This document shows, one piece after another, positions 55,035 to 63,516 of a DNA stretch of 64,000 nt. The notes beneath the pieces were generated by a model. It saw only the letters and a list, made by a program, of their open reading frames with translations. It did not search any database and was not told where the DNA came from. The stretch is taken from positions 20,743 through 84,742 of the forward strand of contig CAZFJX010000005.1 in assembly GCA_964519505.1 (NCBI GenBank), in the 5' to 3' direction. The DNA is from an uncultured Desulfurococcales archaeon. GTDB lineage: Archaea; Thermoproteota; Thermoprotei_A; Sulfolobales; CAZFJX01. The translations under genes were made by a program, and so were the position numbers. Within the stretch, counting starts at the first letter, position 1, and every line of letters starts with the position of its first letter.

Positions 55035-56160
55035 AGCTTAACACAACCTCAGCTACTTCAGGTCTTAACATGTATTCAGGTGGTTTCTTCTTTTCCATAA
55101 TCATCTTCCTAAGCTTAGTACCGCTAATTCTTATTCTAAACTCGTTGCTATGTGGGCATATTTTCTCATTAACCATACCGCCGCACTTAACGCAATAGAA
55201 AGACTCCCTAATGAATAGTGGTGTTATGCCTAAGTCAGGGAACTCACTAAATATCTCCCAAGCATCGTAAGGACCATAGAAATTACCTACACCAGCATGA
55301 TCACGTCCAACAATGAAGTGAGAACACCCGAAGTTCTTTCTAACTATTGCGTGGTGTATGGCCTCCCTAGGTCCTGCATATCTCATTTCCATCCTTAGAA
55401 CCGAGAACACTACTGAATCACGTGGGTAGTAATGGTTTATTAATGCTTCATAAGCCTTAACAATCACTATATCTTTAAAATCACCTTTCTTCTTCCACCC
55501 AACCAGCGGGTTTATGAAGAGACCATCAACAAACGTTAATGCAGCCTTCTGCACGTACTCATGACCTAAGTGAGGTATGTTCCTTGTCTGGAAGCCAGCT
55601 ATGGTTCTCCATTTCTTCATCTCAAAGAGAACCCTAGTCTCTATAGGCCAAAGTCGGTACTTCTCGAAGGGCTCTTCATACTCATTAAGTAAGTCTATGG
55701 GCCCACCAATAAGTAACTCCTTCCTACTCATAGTCTTAACCACGCCAGGGTGTTCAGGGCTTACTGTCTTAAAGACCCACCTACAGTACTCCTTCTTATC
55801 CCATTCATAAATCTCCTCGATCTTCATGATTGCCAACGCTTTCTTACCGTCGGTTAAGGCTACATCATCACCCTCCTTTAAGCCCGCTGCCTCCTCTTTA
55901 CTAACGTCTAGGACTATAGGTATGGACCAAGGAACATCATTACTTAACCTCATATCATAAAGTACGTGCTCAAAATCATCACGGGTAAGGAAACCCTCTA
56001 GAGGACTGTAAACACCGTGAGCTATATTCATTAAGTCAGCCACCAGACTCTCATTAAGGGCAATCTTAGGTAACTCCCTAACCTCCTCAAGAAGATGTTC
56101 ACGCCTACGCCCTTTAATAACGCGGTTAACTAACTTACCACCATGGGGCTTAGAAACCAT
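55012..56160 (-). CDS. sat: Sulfate adenylyltransferase (ATP sulfurylase)
   Basis: 382 aa. FQTRNIPHLGHEYV, HFIVGRDHAGVG, with an N-terminal PUA-like region. Confidence 0.9.
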   Translation of the reverse strand: MVSKPHGGKLVNRVIKGRRREHLLEEVRELPKIALNESLVADLMNIAHGVYSPLEGFLTRDDFEHVLYDMRLSNDVPWSIPIVLDVSKEEAAGLKEGDDVALTDGKKALAIMKIEEIYEWDKKEYCRWVFKTVSPEHPGVVKTMSRKELLIGGPIDLLNEYEEPFEKYRLWPIETRVLFEMKKWRTIAGFQTRNIPHLGHEYVQKAALTFVDGLFINPLVGWKKKGDFKDIVIVKAYEALINHYYPRDSVVFSVLRMEMRYAGPREAIHHAIVRKNFGCSHFIVGRDHAGVGNFYGPYDAWEIFSEFPDLGITPLFIRESFYCVKCGGMVNEKICPHSNEFRIRISGTKLRKMIMEKKKPPEYMLRPEVAEVVLSFENPFVE

Positions 56161-56172
56161 GGGTCAACACCT

Positions 56173-56409
56173 CTATATATAGCCTAACCTCTTAAGTTTC
56201 TCAATAATCTTCTCCTTATCCTCGGGGGTTAAGGCCTCACTCTCTAACTTCTCCCTCTCCATAGAGGCAACAACCTCCCTAAGTATGTAGGTAACGAATT
56301 GAGATACTGAAGTAAATCCCGTATCCTTAATCAACTCCTTAATTCTATTATACAGCGTTATAGGTATAGAGACCGTAGTATACTTACCCTTCCTCTCCTC
56401 CTCTGACAT
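56173..56409 (-). CDS. Ribbon-helix-helix (CopG/Arc/MetJ-like) small DNA-binding protein
   Basis: 78 aa. KYTTVSIPITLYNRIKELIKDTGFTSVSQFVTYILREVV fits a beta-alpha-alpha layout, followed by a charged helix ending KLKRLGYI. Confidence 0.6.
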   Translation of the reverse strand: MSEEERKGKYTTVSIPITLYNRIKELIKDTGFTSVSQFVTYILREVVASMEREKLESEALTPEDKEKIIEKLKRLGYI

Positions 56410-56418
56410 GGCCCAACC

Positions 56419-56631
56419 CTAGAAGTAACCTAACGCCTTAAGCCTCTCCTTAACCTTCTCTTCCTCCTCCTTAGACATCTTATACTCAGTAACCTCCTCA
56501 CTCAATACCTCATTAATAACAAACTCAATGAACTCCTCAACACTCGAGAAACCACCCTGATCCTTAATGAACTTCTCTACCTTCTCGTAAAGCTCCTTCT
56601 TAACATACACAGGCACCTTATCACTACTCAT
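56419..56631 (-). CDS. Ribbon-helix-helix small DNA-binding protein, paralog of 56173-56409
   Basis: 70 aa. VPVYVKKELYEKVEKFIKDQGGFSSVEEFIEFVINEVL...RLKALGYF. Same architecture and the same C-terminal LK-x-LGY(F/I) ending as its neighbour. Confidence 0.6.
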   Translation of the reverse strand: MSSDKVPVYVKKELYEKVEKFIKDQGGFSSVEEFIEFVINEVLSEEVTEYKMSKEEEEKVKERLKALGYF

Positions 56632-56891
56632 GGTGCAACCCCTAAGATAAAATTAAGGAAGTACTTAATAAGTAAGACTGAGAATTTAAAGCAATACATA
56701 ATTAGTAAATAGGCACTAATTAAGCCATAACTATTAAGCCAAACGTTCTTCTGTCAGGAAGGTAAGAGGCAATTATGCTTTGAATACTATTAAGCACAGA
56801 GTATTCTTTAGTATTTATCTGTATTATCTGACTGATAAATCAGCAATACTTATAATGTTAGAATTACTAGACATCTTAGATAGGTGTTGGC

Positions 56892-57164
56892 ATGGGTAAT
56901 GCAGGGACTATCCCCTTAAAAATTAGGGTGGGTAAAAGATTTACAATAACTATCCCTAAGGAGGTTAGGGAGAAATTAAATATTAAGGAGGGGGATGAGT
57001 TAGAAGTTATTGTTGTAGATGATGGTATTATGTTAAGGAAAATCGTGTCTCTTATAGAATTTATTGATAGTGTAAAACCGAAAGGAAGTATTAAGGAATT
57101 TCTTAAGGAGAGGGAAGAGGAGATTAAACTTGAAAATGAAAGAGTTAATGAACTTATCAAATAG
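56892..57164 (+). CDS. vapB: AbrB/SpoVT-type antitoxin (VapB-like)
   Basis: 90 aa. IRVGKRFTITIPKEVREKLNIKEGDELEVIVVDDGIMLRK. Confidence 0.8.
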   Translation: MGNAGTIPLKIRVGKRFTITIPKEVREKLNIKEGDELEVIVVDDGIMLRKIVSLIEFIDSVKPKGSIKEFLKEREEEIKLENERVNELIK

Positions 57165-57609
57165 TCTAGTTATTGATACAGTACCCCTACTACTACCACT
57201 TACGCGTGAGCATGGTTGGAGAAAAGTTAGGAAGCTCTTAGTTATGCATGAGGAGGGTAAGGTATCTCTTTATGTTGGTCTATTTAATTTAGCTGAGCTA
57301 ATTTATGCGATGCATAGGTTGGGGTATGAGACGGGAACATCGTTAAGGTATGCTAAATTGATTTCAGAGAAACTTCATGTTGTTAATAACATATTATATA
57401 TGATGTGGATGGGTAAACTAAGGGTTGAGGCATATAGACGTAGGTATAATATACCATGGGGGGATATTTCATCAACAGCTGTTGCTATCTCCTTAGATAT
57501 CCCTGTGTTAGTGCTGAATGAGGACAAACATTTCGAGCAGTTAATGGTTATATGTAAAGAATTAGGGAAGGAGATAAAGGTAATTCATGTGAATGAATTA
57601 ATGGATTAA
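57130..57609 (+). CDS. vapC: PIN-domain protein (VapC-like toxin)
   Basis: 159-aa ORF with a likely start at MNLSNS. Acidic PIN positions: LVIDTVPLL (D), NLAELIY (E), WGDISSTAVAISL (D), VLNEDKHFE (D). Overlaps vapB. Confidence 0.65.
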   Translation: MKMKELMNLSNSLVIDTVPLLLPLTREHGWRKVRKLLVMHEEGKVSLYVGLFNLAELIYAMHRLGYETGTSLRYAKLISEKLHVVNNILYMMWMGKLRVEAYRRRYNIPWGDISSTAVAISLDIPVLVLNEDKHFEQLMVICKELGKEIKVIHVNELMD

Positions 57610-57633
57610 GCTAAGCCTATATATCTCCTTAAG

Positions 57634-58182
57634 TTACTCAATTAGCTTAAGTTCCTTTAGCTTATTGATTACTTTCTCAACATTCACCTCTATAGGATCA
57701 TATTCCGTGTCAACTACGATGTCTGGGTTTTCGGGTTCTTCGTAGGGGTCGCTGATGCCTGTGAAGTGCTTTATCTCTCCCCTCAAGGCTTTCTTGTAAA
57801 GTCCTTTAGGGTCTCTCCTAATGCATTCCTCAAGGCTACACTTAGTAAATACCTCAATAAACTTAAGCCCTTCCTCTTCAACGATCCTCCTTATCTCAGC
57901 CCTAACGTCTCTGTAAGGGGATACGAAGCTACATACCACGATAACACCATTCCTAGCTAGTAGCCTAGAGATCCATGCAACCCTAAGTAAGTGTATCCTC
58001 CTCTGTTCCTTAGCGAAGCCAGCGTCTGGGTTAATGGTCCTCCTTACCCAATCACCATCAAGAAACTCAACACGGTACCCCATCCCCTTAAGCCTCTCTA
58101 AAACACCTTTAGCAATAGTTGTCTTACCACTACCAGGGAGACCAGTAAACCATATGACGAAGCCCTTATCTATACACTTCAT
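57634..58182 (-). CDS. cysC: Adenylylsulfate (APS) kinase
   Basis: 182 aa. WFTGLPGSGKTTIA, LDGDWVR, VVCSFVSPY. Confidence 0.9.
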   Translation of the reverse strand: MKCIDKGFVIWFTGLPGSGKTTIAKGVLERLKGMGYRVEFLDGDWVRRTINPDAGFAKEQRRIHLLRVAWISRLLARNGVIVVCSFVSPYRDVRAEIRRIVEEEGLKFIEVFTKCSLEECIRRDPKGLYKKALRGEIKHFTGISDPYEEPENPDIVVDTEYDPIEVNVEKVINKLKELKLIE

Positions 58183-58318
58183 CGCCTAACTACCTAGCAC
58201 TAACTTAATTAAATATCATTAATAAGCCTTTTGGTGGGCTCACCGTAGCCATCACGTTATGCTTCACTCACATAGTATTTATTCTTACGTGTGAAGTATG
58301 TTTGGGTGTGCTTAAGGA

Positions 58319-59668
58319 ATGAGCGACCCTGTAGACCTAGTGTTTTCAAGTGAAAGATGGGTTTCTGTTTATGGTGTTGGTCACGTCGGATTAAGCCTTA
58401 TAGCTGTTTACTTAAGGCATGGGTTAAGAGTCATAGGTATTGATATAGATAAGAATAAGTTAAGGTCTATACGCGAAGGCAAGTTCAGATTTAGTGAGAA
58501 GGAAATTAAGGAAGCTATAGTTAAGGGGTTAAGCGATGGTAGGTTAGTATTGACTACTGACGGCATTAAGGCATCTAAGGAGTCAGTGATCAAGGTAGTG
58601 ACTGTCCCTGTATTTATTGATTGGATAACTAAGGAAGTGAGTTACGAAGCTATTAAGGATGTATCTAAGAAAATAGCTTTAGGACTGAAGAAAGGTGACT
58701 TAGTTATTATTGAGTCTAGTGTCCCTCCAGGAACTACTGAGGAGGTTGTTAAGCCAATACTTGAGGGTGTTAGTGGGTTAGTTGTTGAGAGAGATTTCTA
58801 CCTGGCTTACAGCCCTGAAAGAATATATGTTGGGAGGGCTGTGAAGGATATTGAAGAGAACTACCCAAAGATAGTTAGTGGTGTCGGCCCTAGAAGTCTA
58901 GAGCTCGTAAGTAAGTTCTATGAGCGCATAGCTAAGAAAGGTGTTATTAAGTTAAGTACTGTTAAGGCAGCTGAGTTTGAGAAGCTTGCTGAGGGTATCT
59001 ATAGGGATGTAAATATAGCCCTAGCTAATGAGCTAGCCCTAGCGGCTATGAGGTTAGGCATAGATTACTATGAGGTAAGGGAAGCAGCTAACTCACAACC
59101 ATACTGCCACCTACACCTACCCGGGCCTGGCGTTGGTGGTCCATGCATACCTATCTACCCGTACTTTATGATGGTTAAGGTAAGTAGTAAGGGCTTCCGC
59201 ATGGAGTTAACTAGGTTAGCACGTAGGATCAATGAAGAGATGCCTAGGGTAGTCACCTCATTAGTGATGAGGGGTGTTAAGAAGTACGGTATCGACGTTA
59301 AGGGATGTAAGTTGGCTATTCTTGGACTTGCTTTCCGTGGTGATGTGGAAGATACGAGATTATCCCCTGCTCATGAAATTATAGAGTTACTTACTAAGGA
59401 GGGATTTAAGAACATAGTCGTGCATGACCCGCTAGTTAAGTATGACCGTAAGTTAAGCGAGTTAGGTGTTAAATTAAGCAATGACTTAAGTGAGGTACTT
59501 AAGGATAGTGATGTGGTTGTGGTATTAACCAGGCACTCAGCCTATCGTGGGTTAAAAGTTAGTGAGTTGATTAAGTTATCAGGTCGTGAACCACTAATTG
59601 TGGACGCAGTAAGCTACTTATTGAATGATGTGGGGTATGGTAAGGTAGTGTATTTAGGTAGGGCTTAA
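58319..59668 (+). CDS. Nucleotide-sugar 6-dehydrogenase (UDP-glucose/GDP-mannose dehydrogenase family, WecC-like)
   Basis: 449 aa. VSVYGVGHVGLSLIAV, ...YSPERI..., ...GPGVGGPCIPIYP... (catalytic Cys), GLAFRGDVEDTR. Confidence 0.85.
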   Translation: MSDPVDLVFSSERWVSVYGVGHVGLSLIAVYLRHGLRVIGIDIDKNKLRSIREGKFRFSEKEIKEAIVKGLSDGRLVLTTDGIKASKESVIKVVTVPVFIDWITKEVSYEAIKDVSKKIALGLKKGDLVIIESSVPPGTTEEVVKPILEGVSGLVVERDFYLAYSPERIYVGRAVKDIEENYPKIVSGVGPRSLELVSKFYERIAKKGVIKLSTVKAAEFEKLAEGIYRDVNIALANELALAAMRLGIDYYEVREAANSQPYCHLHLPGPGVGGPCIPIYPYFMMVKVSSKGFRMELTRLARRINEEMPRVVTSLVMRGVKKYGIDVKGCKLAILGLAFRGDVEDTRLSPAHEIIELLTKEGFKNIVVHDPLVKYDRKLSELGVKLSNDLSEVLKDSDVVVVLTRHSAYRGLKVSELIKLSGREPLIVDAVSYLLNDVGYGKVVYLGRA

Positions 59669-59706
59669 GTCATTAATATAAGTTACCTAGTAATATATGT
59701 TAGTGG

Positions 59707-59770
59707 AGCCGATGAAGAGCCGTTGGGTGACTACTGAACCAGTGAAGAATCCCTCGGCTACTCTGAGGTT
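59707..59770 (+). ncRNA. Candidate archaeal C/D box sRNA (2'-O-methylation guide)
   Basis: Intergenic location. Reading: AGCC-G-[AUGAAGA = C, 59712-18]-15 nt-[CUGA = D', 59734-37]-ACCA-[GUGAAGA = C', 59742-48]-14 nt-[CUGA = D, 59763-66]-GGUU. The terminal AGCC/GGUU can pair. Caveats: both C boxes read UGAAGA rather than UGAUGA, and the spacers are 15 and 14 nt rather than the usual ~12. Confidence 0.4.
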
Positions 59771-59837
59771 CTATATTTAGACTTACGTAATGTTTAAGAA
59801 ACCACTAATTCTTAAGTATAGAGTGGTAAGGCGGTAG

Positions 59838-61025
59838 TTGAGTGACTTCATATTTCAGGTAGTTATTGCGCTACTGCTTGCTAAGGTACTTGGTGAAGTA
59901 CTAAGGAAAGGGGACATACACCCCATAGTAGGTGATATACTTATAGGTATATTACTGGGACCTACCCTCCTTGGTTTCCTACGTCCTGAGGGCGGTATTG
60001 AGTACTTAGCCTCATTCGGTCTTATAGTCCTTATGTTCTATACAGGGCTAACTAGCGATATTAGAACCTTAGCTAAGCGTAAGGGTTTAATAGTGCTTAC
60101 AGGAATCTCAGGGGTCGCTGTTACATTCATACTGATATTCCTTACGTGCTTGGGTTTAGGTTTAGGGTTGTGGGCATCGGTATTCATAGCCTTAGCACTC
60201 TCGAACACAGCTACGGAGGTTTCAGCAATTATTATGGAGAAGGCTAGGGGTGTTGATACAGAGATTAAGCAGATAGTTATTGGTGCTAGCTTCATAGATG
60301 ACGTACTAGCCGTCTACCTAATAACGTTACTTAGAGTATTCACTAAAGGTACGATAGCCCCTGAAGTCTTGATAATGACCTCACTAAAAATAGTTGTTTT
60401 CATATTAGCCGTTATCTATATATCTAAATTGGTGGTTACTAAAGCTACCAACCTAATATATAAGCTACTTTCTTCACCACCACGCATGATCACTACATCG
60501 ATAATAATTGCCTTCTCACTAGCATTAGCGGCTAGGTTAGCCGGTCTTAATGAGGTTATCGGTGCTTACCTAGGTGGTTTAGCCATAAGTAGATTGAGGG
60601 AGATTCATGACCCTATGTTAGTAAACATATTAAGGATTGAGAGCTTATCTATGAACCTTAAGGTAATGCTTGAGTCATTCTTAACACCGCTTTTCTTCCT
60701 TTATGTTGGTGTACTCTACAATGCTACATTAAGTAGTGAACACATAACCATGTTAGTAGCGCTCATATCATTAGCGGCTATAGGTAAGGTCGTAGGGTGC
60801 GGGCTACCTATACTTGTGGTTAGGAAGAACTTAAGTGACTCACTATTTGTTGGTGCAGGCATGGTTGGTAGGGGCGCTCTTGAGTCAGCAATAATAGTCT
60901 TCGCCCTCAAAGCTAACCTAATAACACCTGAATATTACGACATAATACTAACGACAACACTAACGTTAACTATATTGGCACCACTAATACTTAAGTTAGT
61001 TATGAAGCTGACTAGAAAAATATAG
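59838..61025 (+). CDS. Cation:proton antiporter (CPA2 / Na+/H+ exchanger family)
   Basis: 395 aa, TTG start, ~11-12 TMs. N-terminus LLLAKVLGEVLRKGDIHPIVGDILIGILLGPTLLG is typical of KefB/NapA-type exchangers. Confidence 0.85.
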   Translation: MSDFIFQVVIALLLAKVLGEVLRKGDIHPIVGDILIGILLGPTLLGFLRPEGGIEYLASFGLIVLMFYTGLTSDIRTLAKRKGLIVLTGISGVAVTFILIFLTCLGLGLGLWASVFIALALSNTATEVSAIIMEKARGVDTEIKQIVIGASFIDDVLAVYLITLLRVFTKGTIAPEVLIMTSLKIVVFILAVIYISKLVVTKATNLIYKLLSSPPRMITTSIIIAFSLALAARLAGLNEVIGAYLGGLAISRLREIHDPMLVNILRIESLSMNLKVMLESFLTPLFFLYVGVLYNATLSSEHITMLVALISLAAIGKVVGCGLPILVVRKNLSDSLFVGAGMVGRGALESAIIVFALKANLITPEYYDIILTTTLTLTILAPLILKLVMKLTRKI

Positions 61026-61065
61026 TTTAGTTAATTCAGTTAATTAGAAGTTTAAGGTAGGACTT

Positions 61066-62199
61066 TTAGTAAAGGTCTAGTAGTTTAGGCTCTATCTCCT
61101 CACCTAGGTCTTCAAGCCCCTTGTACAGCATTCTTAATGCTTCATAATCTGACTTAGGTATGTATGGCGGGTACTTAAAGTAGAATGCTGATGCCCAATC
61201 AACACTTCCTGAGATCCCGTGATCCTTAAGTACCTTAGCAAGCCTGACAGTATCTACGAGTACTGGTGCTGCCATAGCCTTATCATCAACCTTTAGCTTA
61301 AGGTCAATCTCAACCACGGACCCTGCAAAGGCCTCTACCTTCATGTACATGTAGGCTACCTTAGTATTCCCTAAGAAATCAACGAAACCGCTAGGTCCTG
61401 CATGTATCTTACCCTTCTTCACGAGCTCCTCAGGGTTTGGTTGTGTTGCTGCTACTGACATGGTCTTACTTATCTTCTTACTGGTTAACCTCTCGATGAG
61501 GAGCATGTTCTTAAAGTCTGTATTGCCACCAACGTTTAGCTGGTAAGATTCAAGTAGCTTAGCACCCCTCATCCTTATTAGGCTAGCTAAAGCCCTATGA
61601 ACTATCGTAGCACCTAACTGACCCTTAATATCATCACCGAGTAAAGGCGCACCACCCTCCCTAAATAACCTATCAAACCCGCCAGCACTGTCACTAGCTA
61701 AGAACACAGGTATGGCGTTAACTAAAGCAGCACCAGCCTTAGCAGCGGCTTTAGCGTAGAACCTGGAGGCCTCCTCACTACCAACAGGTAGTAAGTTTAT
61801 GAGTACATCAACACCAGCATCACCAATCTCTCTAGCTAATTCATCTACAGTAGGCTCGCTTAGCTTAGCGGGTCTAAAGTCATTGACCATATGGGGCGCT
61901 ACACCATCAAGTACCTTACCCATGGATACCTCAACACCTAGCTTATGTAGGTCAACAAATTTAGGTACTTGGTTGGGGTATGCAAATATCGCCTCAGATA
62001 AGTCCTTACCTACTTTCTCCTTCGATATGTCAACAGCATAAACAAACCTAAAATCAGTTATGTCGTACTTACCTATCCTCCTATGTATTAACCCATCCCT
62101 ATGTCCTACCTTCCTATAATACTCAACACTCTGCACCAGCATCGCCGCAATATTACCAACACCTATAATACCTACCCTGATCTCCGGCACAATATTCAC
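61066..62199 (-). CDS. ino1: myo-Inositol-1-phosphate synthase (archaeal short type)
   Basis: 377 aa. RVGIIGVGNIAAMLVQSVEYY (NAD binding), ...VNAIPVFLASD..., SYQLNVGGNTDFKNM. Confidence 0.8.
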   Translation of the reverse strand: MNIVPEIRVGIIGVGNIAAMLVQSVEYYRKVGHRDGLIHRRIGKYDITDFRFVYAVDISKEKVGKDLSEAIFAYPNQVPKFVDLHKLGVEVSMGKVLDGVAPHMVNDFRPAKLSEPTVDELAREIGDAGVDVLINLLPVGSEEASRFYAKAAAKAGAALVNAIPVFLASDSAGGFDRLFREGGAPLLGDDIKGQLGATIVHRALASLIRMRGAKLLESYQLNVGGNTDFKNMLLIERLTSKKISKTMSVAATQPNPEELVKKGKIHAGPSGFVDFLGNTKVAYMYMKVEAFAGSVVEIDLKLKVDDKAMAAPVLVDTVRLAKVLKDHGISGSVDWASAFYFKYPPYIPKSDYEALRMLYKGLEDLGEEIEPKLLDLY

Positions 62200-62313
62200 C
62201 TCTGTAAATATTTATACTCAGAAATATAAGCTTTCATCAGACCCCCAAAGCCCTTTACCTTTTTAAGCTTAGTCTCCAAAGATTGAAATTGGGGGAAACG
62301 AGCGGAACCACCC

Positions 62314-62640
62314 ATGCCTAAACGTAGGCCACGTATAAAGGCGGTCGAGAGATTTAAGAAGAAATTAACCATAGGGAATCTCTGGATTTATATAATTAAG
62401 ATATTAACACTTGAAAACCCGCTTAAGGCTTATGACGTTAAGAAAAGACTTCTAGACCTATACGGCATCAAACCAGCAACGGTTACTGTTTATGCAGTAC
62501 TGTATAAAATGTGTAGAGAAGGACTCATAGAGACTGTAAGGGTTGGTGGTGAAACACTATATAGGCCAACTAAGAGGGGTGTTGAGGCCCTTAATGAAGC
62601 AAGAAAAATAATCAGGAATATCGAAAATATTCTTGAGTGA
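62314..62640 (+). CDS. PadR-family wHTH transcriptional regulator
   Basis: 108 aa. LWIYIIKILTLENPLKAYDVKKRLLDLYGIKPATVTVYAVLYKMCREGLIE. Confidence 0.8.
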   Translation: MPKRRPRIKAVERFKKKLTIGNLWIYIIKILTLENPLKAYDVKKRLLDLYGIKPATVTVYAVLYKMCREGLIETVRVGGETLYRPTKRGVEALNEARKIIRNIENILE

Positions 62641-62643
62641 GAG

Positions 62644-63513
62644 ATGAACATGAAGATATTAATAATAATTATTTTCTTAATTATAATATTAGCTACAACC
62701 ATACCCTACATATGGAGCTATTTTAGAGAGCACCAAATACCTACTTATACACCCACAGTACAGACAGAAACACGGATACTAAGGAACTTGACTTACGCTA
62801 AACACGTTGAGATAGTGGTAGTCGTTGATAACTACCAGTTCAGAAATGACCTAATGACTGCTTGGGGTATAAGCATATATCTAGTTGTTGATGGCTTTAA
62901 AATACTCTTCGATACAGGGCCTTCAGAACAAATTCTTGAATATAACGCAGCTAAGTTAGGCATTGACTTAACAGATATTGACGCTGTAGTTATTAGTCAT
63001 GTGCACGGAGACCACATAGGTGGGTTATCATTCGCTACGGCTTTAAGCAATAAGAACGTAACTGTTTACGTACCTCTAGAGGTGTACCCCACAGCAAGGA
63101 GCTTACTTCCCAACATGAATATAGCCATAGTTAATGAAACCATGAAAATAGCGCCACACGCATATGTAGTAGGACCCCTCTACGGACCCCCACAAGAGAT
63201 GTTTTTAGCCATATCTACACGTAAGGGCTTAATCATAGTTACCGGCTGTAGTCACCCAGGAATAGTTAATATGGTTAAGAAAGCTATGGAAGATCTAAAC
63301 CAGAGTGTTTATATGGTCATAGGAGGCTTCCACTTAGCCGGTGCTTACAGCGGTAGGGTTAGATCAATAGCTGATGAGTTAGTTGGTTTGGGTGTTAAGA
63401 AGATATACCCACTACACTGTAGTGGTGACTGCATAAGGAACTACTTGAAAAACACGTACCCAGATGTATATGGTGATGGTGGGGTAGGGCTTAAGGTAAT
63501 TATTGAGTCTTAA
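62644..63513 (+). CDS. MBL-fold metallo-hydrolase (COG1237-like) with an N-terminal TM helix
   Basis: 289 aa. VISHVHGDHIGG, ...GCSHPG..., GGFHL. Starts 4 nt after the padR-like stop. Confidence 0.8.
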   Translation: MNMKILIIIIFLIIILATTIPYIWSYFREHQIPTYTPTVQTETRILRNLTYAKHVEIVVVVDNYQFRNDLMTAWGISIYLVVDGFKILFDTGPSEQILEYNAAKLGIDLTDIDAVVISHVHGDHIGGLSFATALSNKNVTVYVPLEVYPTARSLLPNMNIAIVNETMKIAPHAYVVGPLYGPPQEMFLAISTRKGLIIVTGCSHPGIVNMVKKAMEDLNQSVYMVIGGFHLAGAYSGRVRSIADELVGLGVKKIYPLHCSGDCIRNYLKNTYPDVYGDGGVGLKVIIES

Positions 63514-63516
63514 AAC

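Noticed and set aside
62219-62240. Minus-strand UGAUGA-N12-CUGA (a perfect C-box/12-nt/D-box spacing) in the ino1/padR divergent region, plus a CCCCCAA ... TTGGGGG inverted repeat ~45 nt apart.
   Set aside because: Only half of a C/D sRNA is present, with no second box pair and no terminal stem. It sits immediately upstream of the ino1 TATA-like box (tataaatattta). It is more likely a chance match or part of a PadR operator.
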